Made by a program: the position numbers and the translations under genes. DNA of 64,000 nucleotides from Podarcis bocagei (Eukaryota): assembly GCA_964188305.1 (NCBI GenBank), contig OZ076885.1; one strand, written 5' to 3'. The notes under the pieces are model-generated. The model made no database searches and was not told the origin of the DNA. It saw only the letters and a list, made by a program, of their open reading frames with translations. Of the stretch, positions 62,070 through 64,000 are shown one piece after another (the first letter of the stretch is position 1; each line of letters starts with the position of its first letter).

Positions 62070-62950
62070 AAAATACCGGAAGTAGCTCCCTGTATGTCAC
62101 TCTACTAGTGAAGTCTATGCTACCTAGCGAGTAACTGTCTCGTTCTCGCCGCTAGGTGGATGTTGAAACAAAACTACCATAACCATCATGCCCTGCGGCC
62201 ACGGCAAGGAGGTGGGGACTAGGACACATGCGCAAAACGCTCTTTCCTTGTTGCTATGGGAGCCTACGGCAGGGCAGCTGCTGGGAAGAGGTAGAATCCG
62301 CGTTCTCTTTTGTTCCTCCGCTGCGACGGCGGCATTTTGGCACCTGTCGCGACTCTTTCCCGGCTGGGGTTTGCGCCGGCGGCGGCCCCTCGTTGCCATG
62401 GCGGCGGCGGCGTTGCCTCTCGCGTGCTAAAGATGCCCCGGGAGACGGCGAGGGAGGCAGCGAGACCTCCGCCTGGGAGGATGTCGCGTCCGCAGATCAT
62501 CCACAGCGGCCACTTCATGGTGTCGGAGCCCCACGCCGACCCGGACCCGGACCCCGAGGCGGCTCTGAGCCAGCCAGGCCAAGGCGCCCCGCCGAGCGCG
62601 GCGGAGCGAGCGAGAAGGGCCGGCTCCGCGCGGAAGGCCGCGGGCGGGAAGGCTGGTGACGGGGCCCAGCTGACCTCCGCCGCCGCCGCTTACGACTTCG
62701 ACACGGTGGACGAGGCCGCGTGCCTGTGCTACCGCTACGGGCCTCGAAGCAGCGGAGCCCTCAGCATCGACCCTTCGCTCACGAAGCTCTTCGAGTGCAT
62801 GACGCTCGCCTACAGGTAAGGGCGGGGCGGGCAGGGCAGCCCCCGAGCGAACGGGGCACAGCGGGAAGTGTGTGTCTGGGGGGAAATGTGGAGAGACACA
62901 GTAAGAAGGGATAGAGAAGGGCCCGCGCGGTGGCTTCCTTTCTTGCCTCC
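62070..62950. promoter_or_regulatory. CpG island / promoter of the Mondo-family gene
   Basis: ETS CCGGAAGT 62076-62083, CATGCGCA near 62226, dense CpG through exon 1. Confidence 0.8.
62433..62815 (+). CDS. First coding exon of a Mondo-family (MLXIP/MondoA- and MLXIPL/ChREBP-like) transcription factor; start is ATG 62433 or in-frame ATG 62481
   Basis: Encodes MCR1 QIIHSGHFMVS, YDFDTV and MCR2 SIDPSLTKLFECMTLAY; phase-2 donor tac ag|gtaagg at the LAYS position; remainder lies beyond the window. Confidence 0.9.
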
Positions 62951-63739
62951 GGCCCTTGCCTCTCGGGATGCATTCAGGGAACCAGACTATGCCTTGGGGT
63001 TACAGAGTGCCTGCTGTGGGAACTGCAGCACGACCAATTAGCCTGCCATTCATACGCAAGATATACTAGTATGCATGCAGATAAACGATACTCATAAGAG
63101 AATCCATCGGCAGGTAACTTGGCATCGTTAAGTAAAAGCCTCGGATTCCTTGTAACTACAAACATAAAGGGCATTTTCACCCAAGAAGGCATTTCAAAGG
63201 CGCAGCTTGCCTTTGTCGTGTCTGCCATGCCAAGTTAAAATCTAAATGAGTGTATAAATCTAGATTTGCAGCTGCCAGTTAAGAAGTGCTCCCCTGCAAC
63301 CTTTCCTTCCACTTTAAGAACTTTCACTTATGGTAGGGAGGTTCTCAGGCATCACGTGTGAGAACAGAGTAGTCAAGGAATGAAACTGACATTTTAGAGT
63401 CAGAAACGCATACATCTGTTGAAACCAACAAATCCGGTTTTGTAGTTAAAAAAGAAAGCAGGGGGGCTAGATATGACATAGAGTTGGGCCTGGTTCTCCA
63501 GCATTCTACTGCCACTTGCTTTCTGGCACAGTATTCTTTCTTTCTTTACTCACTCACTGGTTGCAGTTCTACACACAAGGGATTAAAATCAATGAATAAG
63601 TCTCATTGAACACCGTAGGAGTTACTTCTGAGAAAAGGTGCAGAGGATTGCACTGCTACTTATTTTACTGTATTTGCAAGGTACCCAATAGCGTCTCTAG
63701 TGGCATATGGGAATATGTTCGTATAAGCACAGCATAGAG

Positions 63740-64000
63740 CAGTGTTTCCCAACCTTTTTTGGGCAAAGGCACACTTGTTTGATGAAAAAAATCTCGCGGC
63801 ACACCACCATTACAGCCCCGAGACATCAGCGCGCAGCGTCACGCCGGGAGGGACGCACGAAAGTGAAAGTTTTCAATTTTTTCCCCTCCCCCTTGCCGGG
63901 GAACCTCCAAGCTTTGGGGGTGGGGGGGGAGGAGGCAGCAAAGCGAGGGACTGAGGGACCCTAACCCTAACCCTCACCGATCACCCGGGAAAGCATGCGA
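63740..64000. mobile_element. Left end of a hAT-type DNA transposon (runs off the window)
   Basis: Begins CAGTGTTTCCCAACC after the hAT-like target GCATAGAG; CpG-rich; right TIR not visible. Confidence 0.65.

Noticed and set aside
60286-62400. POLD4 or another human 11q13 neighbour after SSH3
   Set aside because: No recognisable coding sequence for such a gene in this interval.
62433-62815. Assigning the symbol MLXIP or MLXIPL
   Set aside because: Only one exon is visible, its features are mixed and the synteny fits neither mammalian gene.
1-64000. CRISPR arrays, rRNA, prokaryotic operons, U12-type or non-canonical introns
   Set aside because: Eukaryotic spliced locus; no regular repeat-spacer array seen; every inferred intron is GT-AG without the U12 GTATCC donor.

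Overview
Vertebrate genomic DNA; the repeats (Sauria SINE, CR1-tailed tRNA SINEs, Penelope relics) point to a squamate, probably a lacertid lizard (inference). Four + strand spliced genes lie in tandem. (1) The last ten coding exons and 3' UTR of GRK2/ADRBK1 (1-15140). (2) Complete ANKRD13D, 15 coding exons, 637 aa by my exon sum (18510-35280). (3) Complete slingshot phosphatase SSH3, 14 coding exons, 767 aa (40278-60285). (4) The first coding exon of a Mondo-family (MLXIP/MLXIPL-like) glucose-sensing transcription factor (62433-62815). GRK2-ANKRD13D-SSH3 is the human 11q13 order, but human MLXIP and MLXIPL lie elsewhere. The gene here mixes MondoA and ChREBP features and lacks the MCR6 motif, so it is a candidate third Mondo paralog; this is the main finding. 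Other points: strong-Kozak uORFs over the ANKRD13D and Mondo-like starts, PPxY motifs next to ANKRD13D UIMs, an orphan bidirectional promoter with a candidate antisense exon, fossil hammerhead ribozymes and many MITEs/SINEs. All comparisons to human proteins are from memory and were not computed.
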